The position numbers and the translations under genes were made by a program. Below, piece by piece: positions 9,010 through 18,085 of a stretch of 32,000 nucleotides of DNA. Within the stretch, counting starts at the first letter, position 1; each line of letters starts with the position of its first letter. This DNA is from Cupriavidus necator (GTDB lineage Bacteria; Pseudomonadota; Gammaproteobacteria; Burkholderiales; Burkholderiaceae), in NCBI RefSeq assembly GCF_016127575.1, contig NZ_CP066019.1, positions 1,500,001 through 1,532,000 of the forward strand. The letters are read 5' to 3'. Under the pieces are notes generated by a model. The model had not been told where the DNA came from. It made no database searches and saw only the letters and a list, made by a program, of their open reading frames with translations.

Positions 9010-9918
9010 TCAAAGAGGGAAGCACAGTTCAACCCAGAACTTGTTGCCTCGCGGCCGATTCTGCACTTCGAACTCGCGCTGATACTTGAACACAATGCCG
9101 GCCGCCGGCGACCACATGTATCGTAGTTGCGGCCCGACTGCGACCGCTTTCCCGCGAAACCCATTCCCTGGGACGGGCGTGCCGTTGACTTTGTCATCGG
9201 TGAACTGCTTCAGCAGATATCCCTGAAGTCCGAGCTGGAACTTGCTGTTCAGCGAATAGCCAAGCAGATACTCAAGTGCGGCAACCGCGCCAGAGTGATA
9301 TCGAGTTGCTGAATTCCGTGAACTGATCTCTACGAGCGTGGTGGTAGAGACTTCAACTGCGGGCGTGGGAAACCATGTCGTGCTGAGTTGCGGCGTTAGC
9401 GCATATACATTCCGGCCGGTGTTCGCCACTCGGTTCGCTGAGTAGGACCCGCTCGGCACTGCAATTTCGGTGGTGAGGTAGGCGAAGAATGATCGCGATG
9501 GATTTGAATAACCGATGTACAGCGGCTCAACGATGATGTCTCCAATTCCATTGCGCTTGCCGCTGCCGCCTGGCGTGTCCGCCCGAATATGAACGAGCGG
9601 GATGATTACACCACTAGACAGAGTAAAGGGGCCGAATGTAGTGCCCCATGTGTGAACGATACGCGGGGCGTCAATAAACGCGTTCAACTGGAACCCGGGC
9701 AGGAGACTTTCTCCATGCGGGCCAGCGAACTTTCCGGCATGGTAGTAGAGCGTGTAATTGTAAAACTGGGTTTCACCAGGCGGTGGCAAAATTCCATTCA
9801 ATACGGTATTGACGCCAACAGGGTAACTGGTCTGACCATTCTCGGTTGCCTCGACGTTGGAGGCCAGCAAGCAAGCGAGCGCAACCACCGCAGAAACCTT
9901 CGCGGGCACTTTAATCAT
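9010..9918 (-). CDS. Outer-membrane channel of the MetA-pathway / phenol-degradation type
   Basis: The ATG at 9918 has a GGAGGAGAC SD. The signal peptide is MIKVPAKVSAVVALACLLASNVEA. ENGQTSYPVGVNTVLNGILPPPGETQFYNYTLYY is typical of this beta-barrel family. It ends in an aromatic-rich C-terminus, WVELCFPL. GC content is lower than in the neighbouring genes. Confidence 0.7.
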   Translation of the reverse strand: MIKVPAKVSAVVALACLLASNVEATENGQTSYPVGVNTVLNGILPPPGETQFYNYTLYYHAGKFAGPHGESLLPGFQLNAFIDAPRIVHTWGTTFGPFTLSSGVIIPLVHIRADTPGGSGKRNGIGDIIVEPLYIGYSNPSRSFFAYLTTEIAVPSGSYSANRVANTGRNVYALTPQLSTTWFPTPAVEVSTTTLVEISSRNSATRYHSGAVAALEYLLGYSLNSKFQLGLQGYLLKQFTDDKVNGTPVPGNGFRGKAVAVGPQLRYMWSPAAGIVFKYQREFEVQNRPRGNKFWVELCFPL

Positions 9919-10097
9919 GTCTCCTCCGTCTCTGTATTCTATTTTTCGGCTGAGGGCTCGGGGCATCCGCATCAGCCGGTGAAGCGCGCCTGCCTTAACG
10001 ATTCGACTTCTCCGCAATTTGCCGAGACTCGCTAACGCTGGCTATCGGCTTCTTCGCGCTTTTCCAGGTCAGGGAGCGGCTTGGACGGTTCCGCGTG

Positions 10098-10787
10098 TCA
10101 CCGGTCGACGAACGAGACGAACTCGTCCAGTTCCAGCTTGCGCAGCTCCATGTTGTTTTCCGGAAAACTGTTGTCTGCATAGCCGAGTGACATTCCGGCC
10201 ACGATCATCTCCCCGTCGGGAATGGCGAGGCCTTCACGAAGCACCGCCGATTGCAGCGACCAGATCTGCTGCGGGCAGGTGTCCAGGCCCCGTGCGCGCG
10301 CGGCCAGCATGATGTTCTGAAGGAAGCAGCCGTAGCAGATGAAGCTGGCCCATTCCAGGCGCCGGTCCATGGTGAAGATCAGTCCCACTGGCGCATCGAA
10401 GAACCGGAACTGCCGTTCGACGTCGCGCCGGCGCCCGACGATATCGCTCCTGTGCACGCCCTGCGCATCGCCCAGCATCCCACGAAACGTATTGAAGCGC
10501 GACGAGAATGGCGCCGGCAATTCCTTTGGAAAAAACGGGTAGTCGGGCGCCAGTCCCTCAGGATCGGCGCGATACGCCTCGACCGCGGCTCCCGCAATCT
10601 TCTCGCGCGCCTTTCCGGTCAGCACATAGCAGCGCCAGGGCTGCGTGTTGCTCGAACTCGGCGCGTATTTCGCGACCGACAGGATGTCCCTGACAGTCTC
10701 GATCGGCACCGGCTGGTCAAGGAAGCCGCGCTTGCTGCGGCGTCCGCGAATCAGCGCTTCGGTCATCTGGATTGCCTCCATCTTCAT
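10098..10787 (-). CDS. NAD(P)H nitroreductase family flavoprotein
   Basis: The ATG at 10787 has a GGAGAC SD. RRSKRGFLDQPVPIETVRDILSVAKYAPSSSNTQPWRCYVL is the nitroreductase FMN-binding signature. Length is 229 aa. Confidence 0.85.
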   Translation of the reverse strand: MKMEAIQMTEALIRGRRSKRGFLDQPVPIETVRDILSVAKYAPSSSNTQPWRCYVLTGKAREKIAGAAVEAYRADPEGLAPDYPFFPKELPAPFSSRFNTFRGMLGDAQGVHRSDIVGRRRDVERQFRFFDAPVGLIFTMDRRLEWASFICYGCFLQNIMLAARARGLDTCPQQIWSLQSAVLREGLAIPDGEMIVAGMSLGYADNSFPENNMELRKLELDEFVSFVDR

Positions 10788-11040
10788 GTCTCCGTTCTCG
10801 TGGTGGGGGTCGCCACGGTGGAAAGGATCATAGACACGTCCCCTGCCTTGTGAAGACGGCAAAACTTGAAAGCTTCGTCCGGAAACAACGAACGACAGGC
10901 CCCATTCGCGCATGTGCGGCGTCCAAAATCCTGAACGCTCCGTTCTCAAATCCCGCGCGCACGCGCGAACCCGATTCGCCTATCTTCCTACTCGGGATCG
11001 GAGCCCCCGATCGCATACGAAAACATGGTGGAGAAGTGGA

Positions 11041-12159
11041 ATGAACCAGTTGAAGTGCTTGCCGCAGGAAGAGATTGTCTGGGGACACGACGTGCTGAGA
11101 ACCGTTGCCCCCTCCATGGGGAACTACGGCATCCGCCGTCCGATGACGTTCACCGTGGAATTCCTTGAGGCCTTGAACCGCGAGCACCTGCGGCCTGCCA
11201 TCGCCGACGGCGTGGGCACCTTTACCGGCCTGCCGCCGCATGTGCCCGATTTCGCCGTACGCGACGGACTGCGTGCATGCATCGAGGCCAATGCGGGATC
11301 GATCATCGCCCTCGGCGGCGGCTCTGTACTCGATGCCGCAAAGGCAGTCTCCTACCAGCATTTCCAGCAGACCGGCCGCTACCTGCCCATTGCCGCGATT
11401 CCGACGACCCTGTCGGGTTCGGAGTTTTCCCACTACTTCGGCGTGACGGAAACGGTCGGTCCCCAGAAGTTCAAGCGCAGTTATGCCGTGCGCGAAACGA
11501 CCCCCAGGCTGGTGGTGATCGATCCCCGGATGATTGTCGACACGCCACGTATGCTGCTACTGAGTTCGGCCATCAAGGGGATCGACCATGCGGTGGAAGG
11601 CATGCGCCGGGTCGACGTGGATCACCCGCACGCCATCCTCGCCGCCAGGGGCGTGGAGCGCTTCCTTGCCGTGCTGGAGAAGTGGCCGCGCAAACTCGAA
11701 ACGCGCGAGGCCATCGCGGGCGGCCACGTGTCGACCGACGACCTGCTGCAGCTTCAGCTCGCTGCGTGGCAGTGTTATTTCTATCCTGCTTCGGTCATCT
11801 ACGGCCTGAGCCATCGGATCGGGCACATCCTCGGCGGGACGTTCGGAGTACCGCACAGCGTGACGTCGTGCATTGCGCTGGCTCCCGTCATCCGCGCCTG
11901 CGCCGACGCCTATGGCCGAAAGCTTGAGATTTTCTCCACGGACCGTGGCAGCCGCACGCCCGCCGCATTCCTCGCTGGCCGCATTGAGGCAGCCGTGGAC
12001 GCACTGGACTTGCCGAGCCGGCTCGGCGATGTCGATTTCGATAGGGCGAAGCTCCCCGAGATGGCGGTCCTGCTCAAGCAGAACTATCCCTCCGAGGTCG
12101 GCGACCTTGGCGAGGATGCCGGCACGAAGCTGGATGCGCTGTTGGAGAGCCTGTGGTAA
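11041..12159 (+). CDS. Iron-containing alcohol dehydrogenase family protein, maleylacetate-reductase-like
   Basis: The ATG at 11041 has a GGAGAAG SD. GGGSVLDAAKAVS is the dinucleotide motif. HRIGHILGGTFGVPHSVTSCIALAPV holds the metal-binding His pair. Length is 372 aa. Confidence 0.8.
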   Translation: MNQLKCLPQEEIVWGHDVLRTVAPSMGNYGIRRPMTFTVEFLEALNREHLRPAIADGVGTFTGLPPHVPDFAVRDGLRACIEANAGSIIALGGGSVLDAAKAVSYQHFQQTGRYLPIAAIPTTLSGSEFSHYFGVTETVGPQKFKRSYAVRETTPRLVVIDPRMIVDTPRMLLLSSAIKGIDHAVEGMRRVDVDHPHAILAARGVERFLAVLEKWPRKLETREAIAGGHVSTDDLLQLQLAAWQCYFYPASVIYGLSHRIGHILGGTFGVPHSVTSCIALAPVIRACADAYGRKLEIFSTDRGSRTPAAFLAGRIEAAVDALDLPSRLGDVDFDRAKLPEMAVLLKQNYPSEVGDLGEDAGTKLDALLESLW

Positions 12160-12239
12160 TGACCGCCCAGCCATCCGATGCTGCGCATCGTCGCCGTTCC
12201 ACAAAACTTGCCTGACCCCACCACCACGAGGAGACCAAA

Positions 12240-13136
12240 GTGAACGATACCGTCAAGCCCGCATCCCCGTCGCCGGCCGGGCATACGCCATACAGTGACT
12301 GGTTACAAACAGACGTGCTCCACTCGCTGCAGCACCCGGTCAGCGATCATCCCGGCGAGCACGCCTGGATCGTATCGGCGCAGGTGTCCGAGCTCTACTG
12401 GATGCTGATCATCAAGGAAATACAGGCCGCGCAGGCGCAATTGCGTGCCGATGACCTGACCGGGGCCTGCCGGACGCTGCGGCGCGTCGTCGCCCACCAC
12501 GAGCCGCTCAATGCCACATGGCGCTCTATCGCGTGGATGACGCCGGTCGACCTGCTGGCCATCCTGTCCTGCGTTGGCCCAAAGTTCGGCAAGGACACCG
12601 CCCTCCAGGGCTGGACGTACCGGCAGATGGTCTACCTGCTCGGCATCAAGCAAGGGGAGCACCTGCAGCACTTCCTGCCGCAACCCCGGCGCTGGGAACA
12701 ACTCAGCAAGGCGCTGGCGGAGCCGAGCCTGTATGACGAGGTGCTCGCCCACCTGGGCCGCAAGGGCTTCGCCGTGCCGGCGGTGGTACTCGAACGCGAT
12801 TTCAGTGTGCCCTACACGCCGGACCAGGCGGTAGAGAATGTCTGGCGCGAGGTCTACGCCGACCCGGACGAGCACCGTGAACTGCAGCAGCTCGGCGAGA
12901 CGCTGGCCGATATCGCGGAGGGGTTCTCCGCTTGGAAGCACCTGCACCTGATGGCAACGCGCCGGACGTTCGGCGCCCGGCCGGCCTACTTCGGCACCGA
13001 GGGCATTGCGTGGCTCCTGCCGACCATGAACGAGATCCCGTTCCCGGAACTCTGGTCTGCGCGCGGCTTCATCGGCGATCCGCCCGCGGTGTGTCCGCAC
13101 GCCCGCGGACAGAGAAACGCCCAGGCTGCGGAGTGA
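12240..13136 (+). CDS. Tryptophan 2,3-dioxygenase (TDO) superfamily heme protein, atypical
   Basis: It has a GTG start with a GGAG SD. It is colinear with bacterial TDO as I recall it: YSDWLQTDVLHSLQ vs YGGYLRLDQLLSAQ, WIVSAQVSELYWML vs FIIQHQTSELWLKL, LQGWTYRQMVYLLG vs FQSLQYRYIEFLLG, and WKHLHLMATRR vs WRFRHMRTVMR. The proximal His and the Tyr/Arg pair are kept. The distal His position is Ala. Confidence 0.7.
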   Translation: MNDTVKPASPSPAGHTPYSDWLQTDVLHSLQHPVSDHPGEHAWIVSAQVSELYWMLIIKEIQAAQAQLRADDLTGACRTLRRVVAHHEPLNATWRSIAWMTPVDLLAILSCVGPKFGKDTALQGWTYRQMVYLLGIKQGEHLQHFLPQPRRWEQLSKALAEPSLYDEVLAHLGRKGFAVPAVVLERDFSVPYTPDQAVENVWREVYADPDEHRELQQLGETLADIAEGFSAWKHLHLMATRRTFGARPAYFGTEGIAWLLPTMNEIPFPELWSARGFIGDPPAVCPHARGQRNAQAAE

Positions 13137-13270
13137 CGCGCTCAAGACGGTCATGGAAGCGGTCTGCGGTCACAAGATCGCGGCGCTCGAGTCCATGATC
13201 GTCAAGCAAGCTGCGTGGAGACTGCGCCAGCCTGAGCGGATGCTATCGTGTCAGCGGCCTGTGCCGATGC

Positions 13271-13306
13271 AAAAAGGGCGGAGACAGCGAGTCCCCGCTC
13301 TTTTTT
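13271..13306. terminator. Possible bidirectional intrinsic terminator between convergent genes
   Basis: The sequence is aaaaagggcgg-agacagcgagtcc-ccgctctttttt. A short GC stem with one G-T wobble is flanked by an A5 run and a T6 run, between the TDO-like gene (+) and wrbA (-). Confidence 0.45.
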
Positions 13307-13324
13307 ACTATCGGGCTATTACTT

Positions 13325-13951
13325 TCAGGCTGCCACGGGCTGCGGCTGGGCGTGCAAGGCGCGAGCGACGGTCGTCACCCTGCGGCCCTGGAACCGGGCA
13401 ACCGCCAGGTGATCGTCGTCGGGCTTCACGGCGTCACGCTGCGAGACGTGAGTCGCGCCGTACGGGGTGCCGGCCTTGAACATCGCCGCGTCGGCATAGC
13501 CCAGCGGCACGATGATCAGGCCCAGGTGCGCCATGGGCGCGTAGGTCGCCAGCAGCGTGGCTTCATTGCCGCCGTGGCGCGAGGACGTCGAGCCGAAGAC
13601 CGAGCCCACCTTGTCATTCAGTTTTCCCGCGAACCAGAGGCCGCCGAGCCCGTCGATATACGCCTTGAGTTCGGCCGAAATCGACCCGAACCGCGTCGGC
13701 GTGCCGAACACGATGGCGTCAGCCCACTCGGCATCGGCTTCGGTCGGCGCCTCATATTTCGCGTTCATCTCCGTGGCGTTCTCGAGCCAGCCCGGCGCCT
13801 GCCGCATGACGTCGGGGCCGACAACCTCCCGCACACGCCGCATGCGGACTTCTGCGCCAGCTTCGAGGGCCCCCTCGGCGACAGCCTTGGCCAGCATCTC
13901 GGTGGAGCTGTTTCGTGAGTAGAAAACAATCAGTACTTTCGGTTTTTGCAT
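13325..13951 (-). CDS. wrbA: NAD(P)H:quinone oxidoreductase, type IV (WrbA flavodoxin-like)
   Basis: The ATG at 13951 has a GGAGA SD. KVLIVFYSRNSSTEMLAKAVAEG, AIVFGTPTRFGSISAELKAYID and GTPYGATHV are colinear with E. coli WrbA as I remember it. Confidence 0.8.
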   Translation of the reverse strand: MQKPKVLIVFYSRNSSTEMLAKAVAEGALEAGAEVRMRRVREVVGPDVMRQAPGWLENATEMNAKYEAPTEADAEWADAIVFGTPTRFGSISAELKAYIDGLGGLWFAGKLNDKVGSVFGSTSSRHGGNEATLLATYAPMAHLGLIIVPLGYADAAMFKAGTPYGATHVSQRDAVKPDDDHLAVARFQGRRVTTVARALHAQPQPVAA

Positions 13952-13968
13952 GGTGATCTCCGGCAACG

Positions 13969-14919
13969 TCATACAGAGATGGGCTCGAGCCGGCCCAGCA
14001 GCTCGTCCTTGCGATCCGCCAGCCACGGCGGGAGCTGGAACTCCTCGCCAAAATGGCCGGGCTCTTCATCGATCGCGAAGCCGATGTCGGTGGTGGTCGC
14101 CTCGAACATCACGCCGCCGGGCATCTTGAAGTACATCGAGCGGAAGTAGTTGCGGTGCACCGATTCGGACGTATCGATGTAGCCCAGGGCAAACATTCTC
14201 TCCTTCAGGATCGCCTGCTGCTCCACGTTATCCACCGCGAAGGCCACATGGTGGACCGTGCCTTCGCCGTAGATCGACGAACCCTGGTGCCGGTCCGGCT
14301 CATGCAGGAACTCGACGATCGTCCCCGGGCCGCCGGTGTACGTCTCGAAGCGGTAGTAGGATCCCGCCTGGCCTGCGTTCCGGAACCCGATCGCTTCGCT
14401 CATGAAGCGGATCGATTCGGCGACTTCCCGCAGCGACAGCGTGATGCTGTGGACGCCGCGGATGGCATGGGCTTCGGGGATATCGCTGGCCACGCAAGCC
14501 GGGCGCGAGTCGAGATCCGTTTCGACGAGATCGAACTCGATGCCGCACGGATGCTGGAGTCGCTGGCGGCGCTCTCCGAAGCGCTCGACGATCTCGCTGT
14601 CATACGGCACGTCCATGGCATCGAAGCGGCTGCGCCAGAATTCGAGCGAGCCCTTGGGAACCGAGTAGTTGATGACCCGCACCTGGCCCGATCCCGGACG
14701 CGCCATGACGCCCCGCTGACGGAACGGGAACGACGTCACCAGGGTCCCTGGATCGCCATTCGCGTTGCCATAATAAAGGTGGTAGATGGGGTCCTCGCCG
14801 TCAAGGAGCACGGTCTTCTTCACGAGGCTCTGCCCGAGCAGCTTGACGTAGAAGTCCACATCCTCCTGTGCGTGCCTCACGCCGAGGGTCAAATGATGGA
14901 ATCCCTTGAGCATTAACAT
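13969..14919 (-). CDS. VOC-superfamily ring-cleaving dioxygenase (MhqO/hydroquinone-type extradiol family)
   Basis: The ATG at 14919 has a GGAGAGG SD. GFHHLTLGVRHAQEDVDFYVKLLGQSLVKKTVLLDGEDPIYHLYYGNANGDPGT and a second module, IRGVHSITL...TVHHVAFAV, show duplicated glyoxalase/VOC domains. It lies 18 bp upstream of wrbA, so it is probably operonic. Confidence 0.8.
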   Translation of the reverse strand: MLMLKGFHHLTLGVRHAQEDVDFYVKLLGQSLVKKTVLLDGEDPIYHLYYGNANGDPGTLVTSFPFRQRGVMARPGSGQVRVINYSVPKGSLEFWRSRFDAMDVPYDSEIVERFGERRQRLQHPCGIEFDLVETDLDSRPACVASDIPEAHAIRGVHSITLSLREVAESIRFMSEAIGFRNAGQAGSYYRFETYTGGPGTIVEFLHEPDRHQGSSIYGEGTVHHVAFAVDNVEQQAILKERMFALGYIDTSESVHRNYFRSMYFKMPGGVMFEATTTDIGFAIDEEPGHFGEEFQLPPWLADRKDELLGRLEPISV

Positions 14920-15493
14920 TGTCCTCTCCAGTTTGAAATAGACATGTAGAAACAGCGCATAGCCGCTCCTGTGCAACAGCTTATGACGGCAGATACCGAT
15001 TGGGCAGCCGTCACGGGTTGTACGCAGGGTTCGGCAAACTTGGACAATGCCGCCCTGTGAGGGGCGGTGCGCGATGGCGCAGGAGCGGGCTGCAGTGAAG
15101 GGCGGACGCACTCAATGCCGCCAAAGCAGATGTCGAGCGGAGATCGAGGAAGATCGGGGAGACAGCGCAGAAGGCTTTTGCCCACAATGACGCCGAGAGC
15201 GAACGTCAGCCCGAAAATTGAATTACGCCGCCCGTGGACTTTCCCCCCCGCAGGTTTCCCGTCCTCCGCGCGGCCGGCGTACATGCGGTTGGTTCGGGGT
15301 TAAGACTGTGCAATCTTCGGACGGCCGTTCTGTAGCGTAGCGCGGCCGTTGCCTTATCAAGGTCCAATGGCGGAGAACTGTAGGTAGTTGCCTCTGGCGC
15401 CCGCGCACCCACGCGCGGGTGGGCCTACGCCTGATTCCGGCCATTTTGAGATTCTCGCCACCGCCCGCCTCACCCACGCCGCGTGCCGCGGGA

Positions 15494-15800
15494 CTATCGC
15501 GCCTCGGTCGATTCGCGCTCGAACTCGCGGATCACCGGGTTGCCAAGGATGGCATCCCTCCCCGCCTCGATCAGGCGATCGACGTCCCTCTCGGGCAGAC
15601 TAAGTCTGGTCGGCACATCGCTCAGACTTGCAGCACGCTCCTTGTCGAGGGCTTCAAACGAGATCCGCGTGACGAAGAATTCGACTTCGTTGCACCGCCA
15701 TCCTGGGCGGCGTGCAGCGATCTCCTGCTGCCGGGAATGCGGCATGCCCCATGCCTTGCGAAGCGCCGGTGATAACAATGACCTTTTGTTGGTTGCTCAT
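15494..15800 (-). pseudogene. Chimeric debris: SDR 5' end joined to a patatin-like phospholipase 3' end
   Basis: The ATG at 15800 has a strong GGAGGAGG SD and gives MSNQQKVIVITGASQGMG, an SDR TGxxxGxG motif, then loses frame. Track ORF 15494..15778 ends in FFVTRISFEALDKERAASLSDVPTRLSLPERDVDRLIEAGRDAILGNPVIREF, which resembles the C-terminal tail of bacterial patatin-like proteins. Confidence 0.5.
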
Positions 15801-16215
15801 GCTACACCTCCTCCAGTTGTGGGTTGATGCGGTGCAGTCCCGGGCTCAAAACCTCCGAACCGCTCAGTAAGCGTCGGCGCGGCTATGCGCGGTTATCGTC
15901 GCCGACAGATTTTCCTGTTCAACGATGGGACGAGCGTATATATGTGGTACGCGTTGGTTCCGAATTAGTCCAGTGGCGCGGCCTGTCGACGGATACTTTT
16001 GAAGGTGCGAGCATTCGGAAGACATTCATTAAGCCTTCACAAACGTCCGACGCAGGAGTCCGGATCGCTTCGTTTGATCGCCTGTACCGCACAGCGGCGT
16101 GTGCCCTGCAGTGAACAGCCTTCGACGCCATGCTCACCTCGCGCATATCCAGGGACGTGTACCAATCACCGGTAGCGAGAGACAATACGGGCGCCCAGAG
16201 CCTGCCCCGAGGGGC

Positions 16216-17913
16216 TCAGGCCGCTTCCCGAGCGACAGCGAGATAGCCGTGGATCTGCGACACAACCGCTGCGCCCTCGCCCACCGCAGTGGCCACGCGC
16301 TTGGTCGAGCCGGAGCGGACATCGCCGATGGCGAAGACGCCCGACACGCAGGTTTCCAGCGTATTGGACTGCAGCCCGGCGTCTATGCCGGTCAGTACGA
16401 ACCCCTTGGCATCTACCCCCACATCGCAGCCGTCCAGCCACGACGTGTTCGGCTGCGCGCCGGTAAACAGGAACACGTGCTGCACCCGCATCGTCATCTG
16501 CGTGCCCATATTGCAATCACGCAGGGTTACGCCTGTCAGCCGCGTATTGCCTTCGAGGTCCACCACTTCGGTGCGGGCATGCACCGTGATGTTGCGCTGC
16601 GCGGCGATGCGGTCGATCAGGTAGCGCGACATGCTGGTGTCGAGGCTATCGCCGCGAATCACAACGTGGACGTGCGCCACATGGGCGCCCAGGAACACGG
16701 CGGCCTGGCCGGCGGAATTGCCGCCACCCACCAGCATGACTTCCCGCTTGGCGCAGAGCTTGGCTTCCACCGGCGACGCCCAGTAGTAGACGCCACTCCC
16801 TTCAAACTCGGCCCGGCGCGGAATCGGCGGCCGACGGTACGCGGCGCCGCTGGCGATGATGACGGTACGTGCCTGGATCGTATCGCCGGCCCGCGTACGC
16901 AACTCGTGTACGGCGCCGCAATCGAGCCGTTCGATTTCCGTGGGAAAGGCGATGTGCGCGCCGAACTTCTGCGCCTGCGCATATGCATTGGTGGTAAGGG
17001 CATGGCCCGAAATTCCGGCGGGAAATCCCAGGTAGTTCTCGATGCGCGCGCTGGCACCAGCCTGACCGCCGGGCGACAACGCATCGAGCACGATCACGCG
17101 CAACCCTTCCGACGCCGCATAGACCGCCGCCGCCAGCCCGGCCGGACCCGCGCCGATGATCGCCACATCATAGATCCGGCTGCCATCGATATGCGGCAGC
17201 AACCCCAGGCACGACAGCACCTGCGTGGTATCGGGACGGCGCAGCACCGTGCCATTGGGGTCGATGACGAGCGGGAGATCGTCATCGGTGGCATCGAACT
17301 TGCCGGGCATTTCCGCCGCTTCAGCATCGGCGTCGATATCAACCACCGAGTACGGATAGTTGTTACGCCGCAGGAGCGCCTGCAGGTCGAACATGGCCGG
17401 ATCGCTCCCACGGCCGATCAGCGTCGGCCCGCGTCCACGCTGGATCAGCGCCGTGCGGCGCAGCATCATCGCCTGCATGACCAGCTCGCCGAGCGCGGCC
17501 TCGGCCACCATCAGCGCGCGCAAGCACGCCGGGCGCACGACGATGGCGCGCACATCGTCGATGGCGATGCCGTCGACGAGTTCGGGCGTGCCAGAAAGCT
17601 GGCCGATCTCGGCCAGAAAATTGCCGGGCCCGTGCTCGGAGGCCAGAGCGCTGTCACCGATGCCATCGCGCTGCACAATGCGCACGCGCCCTTCGATGAC
17701 GAGGATCATGCCATTGGCCGGATCCCCGGTACGCACCACGTACTCGCCGGCCTGCCAGGTCTGTTCCCGGCCATAGGGCGCGATGCGCGCGATATCGGCG
17801 GCAGATAAGTGCGGATACATCTGCCGCTCGTGCAAGACTACGACGGCCGGGGCCGCTTCCGGCACGGCGCCGGATGCATCGGCGGACGACTCGTGTTGGG
17901 CGGAGATGTCCAT
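16216..17913 (-). CDS. Cyclic-nucleotide-binding domain fused to a thioredoxin-reductase-like FAD/NAD(P) oxidoreductase
   Basis: The N-terminal cNMP-binding beta-barrel includes GEYVVRTGDPANGMILVIEGRVRIV...GPGNFLAEIGQLSG. It is followed by YDVAIIGAGPAGLAAAVYAASEG (FAD GxGxxG) and VMLVGGGNSAGQAAVFL (NAD(P)H). The start at ATG 17913 is uncertain because there is no clear SD. Track ORF is 16216..18000. Confidence 0.85.
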   Translation of the reverse strand: MDISAQHESSADASGAVPEAAPAVVVLHERQMYPHLSAADIARIAPYGREQTWQAGEYVVRTGDPANGMILVIEGRVRIVQRDGIGDSALASEHGPGNFLAEIGQLSGTPELVDGIAIDDVRAIVVRPACLRALMVAEAALGELVMQAMMLRRTALIQRGRGPTLIGRGSDPAMFDLQALLRRNNYPYSVVDIDADAEAAEMPGKFDATDDDLPLVIDPNGTVLRRPDTTQVLSCLGLLPHIDGSRIYDVAIIGAGPAGLAAAVYAASEGLRVIVLDALSPGGQAGASARIENYLGFPAGISGHALTTNAYAQAQKFGAHIAFPTEIERLDCGAVHELRTRAGDTIQARTVIIASGAAYRRPPIPRRAEFEGSGVYYWASPVEAKLCAKREVMLVGGGNSAGQAAVFLGAHVAHVHVVIRGDSLDTSMSRYLIDRIAAQRNITVHARTEVVDLEGNTRLTGVTLRDCNMGTQMTMRVQHVFLFTGAQPNTSWLDGCDVGVDAKGFVLTGIDAGLQSNTLETCVSGVFAIGDVRSGSTKRVATAVGEGAAVVSQIHGYLAVAREAA

Positions 17914-18085
17914 GGCGGATGGAAGTGGTGGTCTGCCTTGCGTGCAAGCGTAGCAGTGCAGTCCTCGAAACGCAGTCATGCACCGGGCGTGCCATGACAA
18001 GACTTGCGTATAGGAGGCGCGTCGGAACGGAGGGGCGAAGCATCGCTAGCCGCATGCGGCAAACGCGGCGATCGCCTTCTAGACG

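Noticed and set aside
14913-15284. 123-aa minus-strand ORF upstream of the dioxygenase, with one hydrophobic stretch (FGLTFALGVIVG)
   Set aside because: It overlaps the dioxygenase start region and has no SD, no family resemblance and poor codon bias. It cannot be supported.
15398-15423. Overlapping alternative GC hairpins (cccgcgc/gcgcggg and cccac/gtggg)
   Set aside because: The stems are short and sit in a gene-free, GC-rich spacer with no adjacent ORF or U-tract. They are indistinguishable from chance structure at this GC content.
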